This document shows positions 46,507-55,551 of a stretch of 64,000 bases of DNA, one piece after another. Origin of the DNA: Actinomycetes bacterium (GTDB lineage Bacteria > Actinomycetota > CALGFH01). The first letter of the stretch is position 1; every line of letters begins with the position of its first letter. Location: assembly GCA_036003705.1 (NCBI GenBank), contig DASYSE010000126.1, forward strand, positions 1,746 through 65,745, written 5' to 3'. Made by a program: the position numbers and the translations under genes. The notes under the pieces are model-generated. The model saw only the letters and a list, made by a program, of their open reading frames with translations, was not told the DNA's origin and searched no databases.

Positions 46507-46617
46507 GAGGCCACCTCCGGATCCAGGAGTCTATGGAGCCGCTGATCCGGCTGTCCAGCGATCGCCAGGCGCCTCTATCCTGGCCGGGTCAGCAAGGGAT
46601 GCGGAAAGGTCGACTGG

Positions 46618-47769
46618 ATGGCGGGACCGGTGGCGGTCGTCTGGGACGAGCAGCTGGCCGCGTACGACTTCGGGCCCGAGCATCCGCTGCGGCCGGCGAG
46701 GGTGCAGCTGACCGTGGCCCTGGCCGGCGCCTGCGGGCTGCTGGAGCAGGCACGGCTGGTCGAGCCGGCGGCCATCTCAGGGACCGACCTGGCCCGGGTC
46801 CACGAGCTCGACTACCTGGCGGCGGTCAAGGCGGCGGAGGGGGGAGCTCCGGCGCCAAGCTATGGCTTCGGGCCCGGCGACAACCCGCCGTTCGCCGGCA
46901 TGCACGAGGCGGCCAAGCGGGTCTGCGGGGCGACCGTGGCGGCCGCCGAGGCGATCCGCTCCGGGCAGGCCCTGCACGCCTTCTCGCCCGCCGGCGGGCT
47001 CCACCACGCCATGCCGAGCCGGGCCAGCGGCTTCTGCGTCTACAACGACCCGGCGGTGGGGATCGCCTGGCTGCTCGACCAGGGGGTCGAGCGGATCGCC
47101 TACCTGGACGTCGACGTCCACCACGGCGACGGGGTCGAGGCGGTGTTCGCGGACGAGCCGAGGGTGCTGACCGTGTCGCTGCACGAGTCCGGGCGGTACC
47201 TGTTCCCCGGCACCGGCTTCGCCCACGAGGTCGGGGTGGGCCCGGCCCGCGGCACCGTGGCCAACCTGCCGCTGCCGCCCTCGACCACCGACGACCTGTA
47301 CCTGGCCGCCTTCGACGCGGTGGTGCCGGCTCTGGTCAGGGCCTTCCAGCCCGAGCTGCTGGTCACCCAGCTCGGCTGCGACACCCACTACACCGACCCG
47401 CTGGCCCACCTGGGACTGACCGTGAACGCCTACCGGCAGCTCGCCGGAAGGCTCCACGATCTCGCCCATACGGTGGCCGGTGGTCGCTGGCTGGCCACCG
47501 GCGGTGGTGGCTACCAGTGGGCGGCGGTGGTGCCGCGGGCGTGGTGCACCTACCTTGCCGAGATGGTCGGGTCCGAGCTGCCGGAGCGGCTCCCCAAGCC
47601 CTACCTGGACGAGGTGACCGAGCGGTTCGGCGTCCTGCTGGACCCGGAGATGGCCGACGAGGTGGTCGCGCTGCGCAGCGAGCACCGGTCCCGGGTCGAG
47701 GCCGAGCTCGGCCGCACCATCGAGGTGGCCAGGACCAACCTGTTCCCCCTCCATGGCCTGACCGTCTGA
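46618..47769 (+). CDS. acetoin utilisation AcuC / histone-deacetylase-family protein
   Basis: GFCVYND...YLDVDVHHGDG...SLHESGRYLFPGTG is the arginase/deacetylase metal site. Confidence 0.85.
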   Translation: MAGPVAVVWDEQLAAYDFGPEHPLRPARVQLTVALAGACGLLEQARLVEPAAISGTDLARVHELDYLAAVKAAEGGAPAPSYGFGPGDNPPFAGMHEAAKRVCGATVAAAEAIRSGQALHAFSPAGGLHHAMPSRASGFCVYNDPAVGIAWLLDQGVERIAYLDVDVHHGDGVEAVFADEPRVLTVSLHESGRYLFPGTGFAHEVGVGPARGTVANLPLPPSTTDDLYLAAFDAVVPALVRAFQPELLVTQLGCDTHYTDPLAHLGLTVNAYRQLAGRLHDLAHTVAGGRWLATGGGGYQWAAVVPRAWCTYLAEMVGSELPERLPKPYLDEVTERFGVLLDPEMADEVVALRSEHRSRVEAELGRTIEVARTNLFPLHGLTV

Positions 47770-47830
47770 GTCCGGCCAGGCTCGCGTTCGCTACCATAAG
47801 AGGCCGACCCACGACGACCGGAGCGCGAGC

Positions 47831-48607
47831 ATGCCCGACCTTCTCTCCCGCGACGAGCTCGGCCGTCACCTGGTCACGGCCCGGATCGCCGGGCCGGTGC
47901 GGACGCCCGTCTGGGACGTGCTCCGCAAGGCCGGGCTGGTCGCCGCCGGCGACCCGGACCACTGCTTCGGCCTGTCGGGCATGCGCCGGTACACCCAGGA
48001 CCAGGTGCTGGCCGAGGTCGCGCGCCAGTTCGGCTGGGCCCACACGCCCGGCGAGCCCGGCGACGGTCCCACCTGGATCGAGCCGGGACCGCTGCTGGAC
48101 GAGCTCGACCGGGCGGCCGAGCGCCTGGCCGGGGCGGCCGCGGCCGGCGAGCACGTGCTGTTCGCCACCGGCCACCCGACCGGCCTGCTCGGGCTCTACC
48201 AGCAGCTCGCCGCGGCCATGCGCCACTCCGGGGCCAAGCTGTCGCGGCCCGGCGACGGCCTCGCCTTCCGCTTCCACGAGCACCGGCGCCGCATCATCTA
48301 CGTCGGCTGGGTGGCGGTGCTGGCGTCGGGCGCCAACCTGTACCACACACATGACGCCCACCCGATGGAGCTGGTGCTGGAGCAGGCCACCAAGGTCGAC
48401 CTGGTGGTCGGCGACCACGGCTGGGCGGGGGTGGCCGCCGAGCGCGGCATCGAGGTGGTCGCGGTGGCCGACATCAACGACCCCGCCCTGCCGATGGCCA
48501 AGGCCGAGGGACGGGCCGGGGTGGTCATCGGCATGGACGACAACGTGCGCCCGACCCCGGCGGTCTACGACCCGCTCGGCGACTACCTCGTCGCCAGGTT
48601 GCCGTGA
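47831..48607 (+). CDS. conserved hypothetical protein
   Basis: 258-aa ORF with coding-like composition and no motif I can assign. Lies between the acuC-like and Clp1-like genes. Confidence 0.45.
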   Translation: MPDLLSRDELGRHLVTARIAGPVRTPVWDVLRKAGLVAAGDPDHCFGLSGMRRYTQDQVLAEVARQFGWAHTPGEPGDGPTWIEPGPLLDELDRAAERLAGAAAAGEHVLFATGHPTGLLGLYQQLAAAMRHSGAKLSRPGDGLAFRFHEHRRRIIYVGWVAVLASGANLYHTHDAHPMELVLEQATKVDLVVGDHGWAGVAAERGIEVVAVADINDPALPMAKAEGRAGVVIGMDDNVRPTPAVYDPLGDYLVARLP

Positions 48608-48653
48608 CCACGGCGGACGCACACCAGGCCGGGCTTGGTCGGAGGGAGCGCCG

Positions 48654-49547
48654 GTGACGGACCGTTACGACCGCCTGATCGAGCAGGTGCTCGACGACCC
48701 CGGCACGGTCCTGCTGCTCGGGTCGATGGACTCCGGCAAGACCACCTTCGCCAGAGCCCTGCTGGCCGGCGCCGTCGACCGCGGGATCCCGGCCGCCTAC
48801 CTGGACACCGACCTCGGCCGGACGACGGTGGGGCCGCCGACCACCATCGGCCTCAAGCACGTGCTCAAGGCCAAGCATCTCGAGGACGACGAGCTCGCCC
48901 TGGCGGACGGGCTCTATTTCGTCGGCTGGGTCACTGCCCAGTTCCACCTGCTCCCCCTGGTCGCCGGGACGGCCAAGCTGATGGACGTCGTCCGCCGGGC
49001 CGGGGCCGAGCTGGTGGTCGTCGACACCTCGAGCCTGATCAGCGGCGTCTACGGCCAGATCCTCAAGTACCACAAGATGGAGGTCACCCGCCCCGAGTAC
49101 GTCATCGGCTTCGAGCGCGGCGAGGAGCTGGAGCCGCTGCTCGGCATCGCCCGCCGCTTCACCCCGGCCCGCGTCGAGGCCTACCCCGTCCACCCGGACG
49201 CGCGCCCGACCACCGCCGACGAGCGCTCCGAGACCCGCCGAGCCCGGTTCGCCGCCTACTTCTCCGGCAACCTGCACCGCTGGCGGGTCAAGCCGACGGT
49301 GTTCCTGCCCTCCCTGCCCCCCGACGCCGACCTGGCCGGCCTGGCCGGCCTGCTGGTCGGCATGGAGGACGGCAAGGGCTCCTGCGTCGGCATCGGCTAC
49401 CTCGAGCTGGCCGAGGACGGCGGTCTGCGCATGATCTCCGCCGTCTCCGAAGGGGCCAGGGCCCTCCGCCTCGGCTCCACCCGCATCACCCCCGACTGGA
49501 CCTCCACCACCCGGGTCGACCTGCGCCACCTGTTCGGCACCGAATAG
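48654..49547 (+). CDS. Clp1/Grc3-like P-loop polynucleotide 5'-hydroxyl kinase family protein
   Basis: LLLGSMDSGKTT (Walker A) ... VVVDTSSLI. GTG start with GGAGGGA upstream; the 1004-aa track ORF 46533..49547 is an artefact upstream of it. Confidence 0.65.
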   Translation: MTDRYDRLIEQVLDDPGTVLLLGSMDSGKTTFARALLAGAVDRGIPAAYLDTDLGRTTVGPPTTIGLKHVLKAKHLEDDELALADGLYFVGWVTAQFHLLPLVAGTAKLMDVVRRAGAELVVVDTSSLISGVYGQILKYHKMEVTRPEYVIGFERGEELEPLLGIARRFTPARVEAYPVHPDARPTTADERSETRRARFAAYFSGNLHRWRVKPTVFLPSLPPDADLAGLAGLLVGMEDGKGSCVGIGYLELAEDGGLRMISAVSEGARALRLGSTRITPDWTSTTRVDLRHLFGTE

Positions 49548-49728
49548 CCGGACGGGTCGCCCCTGCGGCCGGGGGCGAGCCGGTCTGGCGGCGGCCGGGC
49601 GCTCGGGCGACCATGGCGCGCAGCCGGGCGCAACCTTCGGGGTCGGCCCTCAGCGGCCCCGCCTTCGCCGTCCTTGGCCACCTCCCGGCAACCGCCACGG
49701 GCGTGGCACCGCAGGGGGTCGTGCCACA

Positions 49729-50562
49729 ATGCCTGCCATGGCTGGGTACGACTGGATCACCTTCACCTCGGATTACGGGTTGGACGACCATTTCGTGGGG
49801 GTGTGCCACGGGGTGATGGCCAGGGTCGCCCCGCGGGTCCGGGTGATCGATGTGAGCCATGCGGTGCGGGCGCAGGACGTGCGGCACGGGGCGGTGCTGC
49901 TGGCCCAGGCCGTGCCGTTTCTCCCGGTGGCGGTGCATCTGGCCGTCGTCGACCCGGAGGTCGGGACCGGGCGGGGGATGGTGGCGATCGAGGCCGGCGG
50001 GCAGGTGCTGGTCGGGCCCGACAACGGGCTGCTGATCTGGGCGGCCGAGGCGCTCGGCGGGGCCGGCCGGACGCATGCGCTCCAGAACCCGCGCTACCGG
50101 CTGGGCCCGGTGTCGAGGACCTTCCACGGGCGCGACGTGTTCGCGCCGGCGGCGGCCCATCTCGCCACCGGGGTCGACCCGGCCGAGCTGGGGCCGGAGG
50201 TCGACCCGGACCGGCTGGTCCGGCTGGAGCGGGCGGCATCTCGGGTCGACGGCGACCAGGTCCACGGCAGCGTCGTGCTGGTCGACCACTTCGGCAACCT
50301 GGCGCTCGACCTGCGCCGGGCGGACCTGGAGCGGGTCGGGGTGGCGACCGGCGACCCGGTGGACCTCCACCTCGGCGGCCAGACCCACCGGCTGCGGTTC
50401 GCGGACACGTTCGGGTCGGTGCCGACCGACAGCCTGGTCCTGCACGAGGACTCCTTCGGTTCGCTGGCCGTGGCCGTCAACCGCGGCCGGGCCGCCGAGC
50501 GACTCGATGCCCGCTCCGGCGACCCGGTGGTGGTCGCCCGCGTCGCGCCGGGCCGGGACTGA
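49729..50562 (+). CDS. SAM hydroxide adenosyltransferase (SAM hydrolase / DUF62 fluorinase-like family)
   Basis: ITFTSDYGLDDHFVGVCHGVM...VDHFGNL matches the N- and C-domain motifs of the family. Confidence 0.8.
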   Translation: MPAMAGYDWITFTSDYGLDDHFVGVCHGVMARVAPRVRVIDVSHAVRAQDVRHGAVLLAQAVPFLPVAVHLAVVDPEVGTGRGMVAIEAGGQVLVGPDNGLLIWAAEALGGAGRTHALQNPRYRLGPVSRTFHGRDVFAPAAAHLATGVDPAELGPEVDPDRLVRLERAASRVDGDQVHGSVVLVDHFGNLALDLRRADLERVGVATGDPVDLHLGGQTHRLRFADTFGSVPTDSLVLHEDSFGSLAVAVNRGRAAERLDARSGDPVVVARVAPGRD

Positions 50563-51626
50563 TGGGCCGTCGCATCCTGGTGACCGGGGCGGCCCGCTCG
50601 ACCGGGCGCCGGCTGGTCGCCGCGCTGGCCACCGACCCCGAGGTGGATGCGGTGGTGGCGGTCGACGACCTCGGGCCGGACCAGCCGTTCCCGCCCGGGG
50701 TCGAGCAGCTCCGGGTCGACCTGCGCAGCCCGGCGCTGGTCAGGACCGTCCAGTCGACCGGGATCGACACCTGCGTGCACCTCGGGGTGACCGCCGAGCC
50801 GAGGGCCGCCGGGGGCCGGGCGACCATGAAGGAGCGCAACGTGCTCGGCACCATGCAACTCCTCGCCGCCGCCTACCATGCTCCCGACCTTCGCCGCCTC
50901 GTGCTCAAGTCGACCACGGCGGTGTACGGGGCCGCGGCCGGCGACCCGGCCGTGTGGACCGAGGCGATGGGCCACGAGACGCCCCGCCACGGCTTCGGCA
51001 AGGACGCCATCGAGGTCGAGGACTACGTCCGCTCCTTCGACCGGCGCCGGCCCGACGTCGCCGTCACCGTCCTGCGGCTCGCCAACCAGGTCGGGCCGAC
51101 CGTCGACAACCCCTTGACCCGCTACTTCGAGCTCCCCGTCTGCCCGACGGTGTTCGGCTTCGATCCCCGGCTGCAGTTCCTGCACGAGGACGACACGGCC
51201 GAGGTCCTGCTCCAGGCCACCCTCGGCCCGGCCGCCCGCGGCACCTTCAACGTCGCCGGGGACGGGGTGGTCCTGCTCAGCCAGGCCATCCGGATCGCCG
51301 GCAAGCCGCCCCTGCCCATTCCCGAGCCGCTGGTCAACCGTGTTGCCGAGCTGGTCGGGCGGACCGTCGACTTCTCCCCGGAGCAGGTCCGCTTCCTCCA
51401 GTACGGGCGGGTGGCCGACACCACGGCAGCCCGCAAGCAGCTCGGCTTCTCCCCGGAATGGACCTCGTTGCACGCCTTCGAGGACTTCGCCGCCACCAGG
51501 CTGCGCAGGCTGGTCACCGAGGAGCGGGTGGCGAGGCTCGAGCAGGAGGTGCTGGCCGGCCTGCGCCGTGCCGCCGGCTGGCTGTTCCGAGGGGATGCCA
51601 CGGTGCGAGGTGAGGGTTCCCGGTGA
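50562..51626 (+). CDS. NAD-dependent epimerase/dehydratase family protein
   Basis: ILVTGAARSTGRRL is a Rossmann GxxGxxG motif. ATGA overlap with the upstream gene. Confidence 0.8.
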   Translation: MGRRILVTGAARSTGRRLVAALATDPEVDAVVAVDDLGPDQPFPPGVEQLRVDLRSPALVRTVQSTGIDTCVHLGVTAEPRAAGGRATMKERNVLGTMQLLAAAYHAPDLRRLVLKSTTAVYGAAAGDPAVWTEAMGHETPRHGFGKDAIEVEDYVRSFDRRRPDVAVTVLRLANQVGPTVDNPLTRYFELPVCPTVFGFDPRLQFLHEDDTAEVLLQATLGPAARGTFNVAGDGVVLLSQAIRIAGKPPLPIPEPLVNRVAELVGRTVDFSPEQVRFLQYGRVADTTAARKQLGFSPEWTSLHAFEDFAATRLRRLVTEERVARLEQEVLAGLRRAAGWLFRGDATVRGEGSR

Positions 51627-52618
51627 GCCGGGCGGGGGAGCGTTGCCAGGCGCTCACCAAGAAGGGCGAGCGCTGCCGCAACCCGGCCGGGCCGGGCGGC
51701 CGCTGCGCCCGCCACCGCCAGCCCGGGACCACCCGGGGAGCCGGGCCCGACCCCGGCGCCGAGGGTGATCTGGGGGCGGCGGCGCTGCTCCGCTGGGCCG
51801 AGGAGGCGCTGGAGTTCCTCGGTCGCCGGCTGCTTGGCGACTACGAGGTCGACGAGTTCGGCCACGACCCCGACCTGGTCCAGCACGTGCTGGCCCCGCT
51901 GCTGCGCCCCCTGTACCGGCACTGGTGGCGGGTGGAGACCCGCGGCCTCGAGCACGTCCCGGCCAAGGGCCCTGCCCTGGTGGTGGGCAACCACGCCGGC
52001 ACCTTGCCGTTCGACGCCCTGATGGTCGCCCTCGCCCTGCTCGACCACCACCCGGCCCACCGGTCGCTGCGCATGCTCGCCGCCGACCTCGCCTTCGACC
52101 TCCCGGTGGTCGCCCCCCTTGCCCGCAAGTCGGGCAACACCCTGGCCTGCGCCGAGGACGCCAGGCGGCTGCTGGAGGCCGGCGAGCTGGTCGGGGTCTG
52201 GCCGGAGGGCTACAAGGGCCTCGGCAAGCCGTACCGCGAGCGCTACCGGCTCCAGCGCTTCGGCCGCGGCGGCTTCGTGGAGATCGCGCTGCGCACCGGG
52301 GCACCGATCGTGCCGGTGGCGGTGCTGGGCAGCGAGGAGATCTACCCGATGGTGGCCAACCTGCGTCGGCTGGCCCGCCTGCTCGGCCTCCCCTACTTCC
52401 CGGTGACGCCCACCTTCCCGCTGCTCGGCCCGCTGGGGGCGATCCCCCTGCCATCGAAATGGCTGATCGAGTTCTGCCCCCGGATCGAGACGGCCCATCT
52501 CGGGCCGGAGGCGGTCCTGGATCCCATGGTGCTGTTCGACCTGACCGACCAGGTCCGCGACACCATCCAGCAGACGGTCCACGCGAACCTGGTCGCCCGC
52601 CGCGGCGTCTTCAGCTGA
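51623..52618 (+). CDS. lysophospholipid acyltransferase (1-acyl-sn-glycerol-3-phosphate acyltransferase family)
   Basis: VVGNHAGTLPFD (HxxxxD-like block) and VWPEGYKG; N-terminal Arg/Cys-rich extension. Confidence 0.75.
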   Translation: MSRAGERCQALTKKGERCRNPAGPGGRCARHRQPGTTRGAGPDPGAEGDLGAAALLRWAEEALEFLGRRLLGDYEVDEFGHDPDLVQHVLAPLLRPLYRHWWRVETRGLEHVPAKGPALVVGNHAGTLPFDALMVALALLDHHPAHRSLRMLAADLAFDLPVVAPLARKSGNTLACAEDARRLLEAGELVGVWPEGYKGLGKPYRERYRLQRFGRGGFVEIALRTGAPIVPVAVLGSEEIYPMVANLRRLARLLGLPYFPVTPTFPLLGPLGAIPLPSKWLIEFCPRIETAHLGPEAVLDPMVLFDLTDQVRDTIQQTVHANLVARRGVFS

Positions 52619-52785
52619 AGGCCGCCGCCCCGTCGAGCCACGCGAACGCCTCGCGGTCACCGGCCGCGGCCCGTTCGAGCGGCGGCAGCCGGCCCGCGGT
52701 CTCGGCGGGCGGGTCGCCGTGCCGGCAGGGGCAGGCGACCAAGTGGGCGTCCCGGAGGACGGTCGAGTCTGGTCGTCACGGGGAG

Positions 52786-52872
52786 TCAGCGGCTGAGCAG
52801 GAGCTGCAGCGCGGCCGCGAGCACGATCATCACGAGCAGGGCGCCCACGACGATGGCGGTCCCGGTTCGCAT
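52786..52872 (-). CDS. candidate small membrane peptide (28 aa)
   Basis: MRTGTAIVVGALLVMIVLAAALQLLLSR starts 13 nt after the stop of the isomerase gene on the same strand. Own translation; below the track size cut-off. Confidence 0.3.
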   Translation of the reverse strand: MRTGTAIVVGALLVMIVLAAALQLLLSR

Positions 52873-52884
52873 CGGCGGCGGCTT

Positions 52885-53808
52885 CTACCCGTTTCGCAGG
52901 GCCGCGCGTGAACGCGCCCGTTGTGCGCCCCTGGCCAGATGGCCCCTGGCGATCTCGAGGTTCTCCCGGAGCACGTCGAGCAGGGCCGGGCGGTCGTCGG
53001 CCCAGGTGCGCACGTCGAGCTCGAGGGTGACGGCGCCGCCGAAGCCGGCGCTCCCGACCGTCTGGAGGAACTCGGGGATGGGCAGGACGCCCCGGTCCAG
53101 CAGCCCGTGGGTGTCGCGCCCGCGCCCGTCGTTGTTGGAGACGTGCAGGTGCACCACCCGGTCGGCCAGCTCCTCCCAGGCGGCCATCAGGTCGCCGCCG
53201 GCAACGGCCAGATGGCTGGTGTCCAGGACCAGAGACGGCCAGCGACCCAGTTCGGACGGGGCGGTGCCGCTGAAGAAGCGGAGGCTGCGACCGTTCACGT
53301 TGATCGGGAACATGTTCTCGACCGCGATCGTCACCCCGGTCTCCTCGCGGATGCGGGGGATGGCCTCGTCCAGCCAGTCGGCGTACACGGTCTGCCAGCG
53401 GTACGGCGGGTGGATCACGACGGTCGAGACCTTGGCCGTCTCGGCGAAGCGCACGCAGCGCTCGAGCTTGCCCTTGGGGTCGGTCCCGAACACCAGCCAG
53501 GTGGCGACGAGGAACGGCCCGTGCACGGCCGGCACGGGCACGCCGTAGCGGGCGGCCAGCGCCCCCAGCCGGTGCGGGTCCTGGCTCACCTTGTCCTGCA
53601 TGATCATCAGCTCGGCACCGTCGAAGCCGGTCTCGGCGATCAGCTCGAAGGTCTCCTCGAGCGAGAACATGAAGAACGGCCCGGTGGCGACGAGAACCGG
53701 AGGCACCGAGGGCACCGGCACCGAGGGCACCGGAGGAAGCTTGGACAAGATCGCTCCTCGTGAACGACAAGCCGGGCGTACCGCTGAGCGCGCGGCGGAT
53801 GCTACCAA
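52885..53808 (-). CDS. sugar phosphate isomerase/epimerase (xylose-isomerase-like TIM barrel)
   Basis: ELIAETGFDGAELMI...VVIHPP...IAVENM...DTSHL. The start is uncertain; a 15-bp tandem repeat (caccgagggcaccgg x2, encoding PSVPVPSVP) lies in the putative N-terminus or 5' region. Confidence 0.7.
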   Translation of the reverse strand: MVASAARSAVRPACRSRGAILSKLPPVPSVPVPSVPPVLVATGPFFMFSLEETFELIAETGFDGAELMIMQDKVSQDPHRLGALAARYGVPVPAVHGPFLVATWLVFGTDPKGKLERCVRFAETAKVSTVVIHPPYRWQTVYADWLDEAIPRIREETGVTIAVENMFPINVNGRSLRFFSGTAPSELGRWPSLVLDTSHLAVAGGDLMAAWEELADRVVHLHVSNNDGRGRDTHGLLDRGVLPIPEFLQTVGSAGFGGAVTLELDVRTWADDRPALLDVLRENLEIARGHLARGAQRARSRAALRNG

Positions 53809-53851
53809 GCTACAAGAAGTGCAGTTGTCCGGGCTGGACTAGACTGCGGGC

Positions 53852-54541
53852 ATGCACTGGCTGCTCCCCGCCGTCGCCGCGGTCGCCTCGGCCGCGTTCG
53901 CGGTGGCGGTGCTGCGCCAGTACGCCGCCCGGCGCCGACCGCACCAACTCGCCTGGGGCCTTGCCCTGACCATGTTCGCGGTCGCCTCGCTGGCCCTGCT
54001 GGCCGGGGTGACGGTTGGCTGGACGCCGCTCTCGTTCAAGGTCTACTACCTGTTCGGGGCGGTCCTGAACGTGCCCTGGCTGGCGCTGGGCACCGTCGAG
54101 CTGCTCGCCGGTCGGGCCACCGGCCGTGCCTACGCCGCCAGCCTGGCCGTGTTCACGGTGCTCAGCCTGGTCCTGGTCGTGCTGGCCAGGGTCGACCATG
54201 GCGACCTGGCCGGCCGGCTGCTGCCCGAGGGCAAGCAGTTCCTGCCGGCGGCCGTCCGGGTCCTCGCCGTGCTCGGCAATACCGTCGGCACCCTGATCGT
54301 GGTCGTCGGCGCGGTGTCCAGCGGCCTCGCCATGCGCTCCCGGCGGGACCAGCGACCCCGGTTCGAAGGAAATCTCCTCATCGCGCTCGGGGTGCTGCTC
54401 GCGGCCGGCGGCGGGGTGTTCGCCTTCCTGGCCTCCAGCGACCAGCTGGCCCTCGGCCTGGCCCTGGGGGCGAGCGTGATGTACCTGGGCTTCAGGCGTG
54501 CCTCGGCACCGGCACGGCCGCCGGTGCCCACCGGCCCATGA
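53852..54541 (+). CDS. hypothetical integral membrane protein
   Basis: Six or seven hydrophobic helices; 4-nt overlap with the downstream glutaredoxin-like gene. Confidence 0.5.
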   Translation: MHWLLPAVAAVASAAFAVAVLRQYAARRRPHQLAWGLALTMFAVASLALLAGVTVGWTPLSFKVYYLFGAVLNVPWLALGTVELLAGRATGRAYAASLAVFTVLSLVLVVLARVDHGDLAGRLLPEGKQFLPAAVRVLAVLGNTVGTLIVVVGAVSSGLAMRSRRDQRPRFEGNLLIALGVLLAAGGGVFAFLASSDQLALGLALGASVMYLGFRRASAPARPPVPTGP

Positions 54542-54786
54542 TCCGGGTCACGCTCTACACCAGGGTCGGCTGCCACCTGTGCGAGGAGGCCGAGCGGGTC
54601 CTCCAGGAGGAGCGGGCGACCACGCCGTTCCACCTCGACCTGGTGGACATCGACCGCGACCCGGCGCTGGCCCGACGCTACGGGGTGCGGGTTCCGGTGG
54701 TGGCGGTGGACGGCGTGGAGCTGTCCGAGTACGAGGTCCCCGTTGACCTGCTGCGGGCGCGGTTGGGCAGGGTTGGCGCCGATTGA
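54538..54786 (+). CDS. glutaredoxin-family protein (CxxC, DUF836-like)
   Basis: VTLYTRVGCHLCEEAERVL. Confidence 0.75.
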   Translation: MIRVTLYTRVGCHLCEEAERVLQEERATTPFHLDLVDIDRDPALARRYGVRVPVVAVDGVELSEYEVPVDLLRARLGRVGAD

Positions 54787-54843
54787 GAACACGATCACGT
54801 GAGCCTAGACTCGAAGTGAACCAGTGGACGGGGGTGGGAGTCC

Positions 54844-55545
54844 GTGCGAGACCGTATTCCGGAGGCAACCATCGCCCGCCTGCCCGTGTACCTCCGCTGC
54901 CTGGTCGACATGTCGGAGCGCGGCACCCATCGCGTCTCCTCCGACCAGCTGGCCGATGCGGCGGGGGTGAACTCGGCCAAGGTCCGCAAGGACCTCTCCT
55001 ACCTCGGCTCCTACGGCACCAGGGGCGTCGGCTACGACGTCGAGTACCTGATCTACCAGGTCCGCCGCGAGCTCGGCCTGGAGCAGGCCTGGGCGGTGGC
55101 GATCATCGGGGTCGGCAACCTCGGCCACGCCCTCGCCAACTACCGGGGCTTCGGCGAGCGCGGCTTCCGTATCGCCGCCCTGCTGGACGCCGACACCGGC
55201 AAGGTCGGCGAGGAGCTGGGCGAGCTGACCATCGACCACATCGACGAGCTGGACCGCGTGGTCAAGGAAGAGCAGGTCGCGATCGGCATCATCGCTACCC
55301 CGGCCGGGGCGGCGCAGGAGGTCTGCGACCGGCTGGTCGCCGCCGGCGTCACCTCGATCCTGAACTTCGCTCCCGCCCACCTCCAGGTGCCGGCCGGGGT
55401 CTCGCTCCGCAAGGTCGACCTCTCCACCGAGCTGCAGATCCTCTCCTTCCATGAGCAGCGCCGGACCGCCGTCGACCTGGTCCGCCGGGTCGCGGCCAGG
55501 AACCGGGGCGTTGACGCCGGTCCTGGGCCAGAGGCCCGGGACTGA
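54844..55545 (+). CDS. rex: redox-sensing transcriptional repressor Rex
   Basis: IPEATIARLPVYLRCL...SSDQLA...VAIIGVGNLGHALANY (Rossmann). Confidence 0.9.
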   Translation: MRDRIPEATIARLPVYLRCLVDMSERGTHRVSSDQLADAAGVNSAKVRKDLSYLGSYGTRGVGYDVEYLIYQVRRELGLEQAWAVAIIGVGNLGHALANYRGFGERGFRIAALLDADTGKVGEELGELTIDHIDELDRVVKEEQVAIGIIATPAGAAQEVCDRLVAAGVTSILNFAPAHLQVPAGVSLRKVDLSTELQILSFHEQRRTAVDLVRRVAARNRGVDAGPGPEARD

Positions 55546-55551
55546 GCGGCC

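Noticed and set aside
53700-53745. 15-bp tandem repeat caccgagggcaccgg x2 near the 5' end of the sugar phosphate isomerase gene
   Set aside because: Only two copies. It may simply encode a PSVP-PSVP N-terminal extension or lie in the 5' UTR, depending on the true start. Too little to call a feature.
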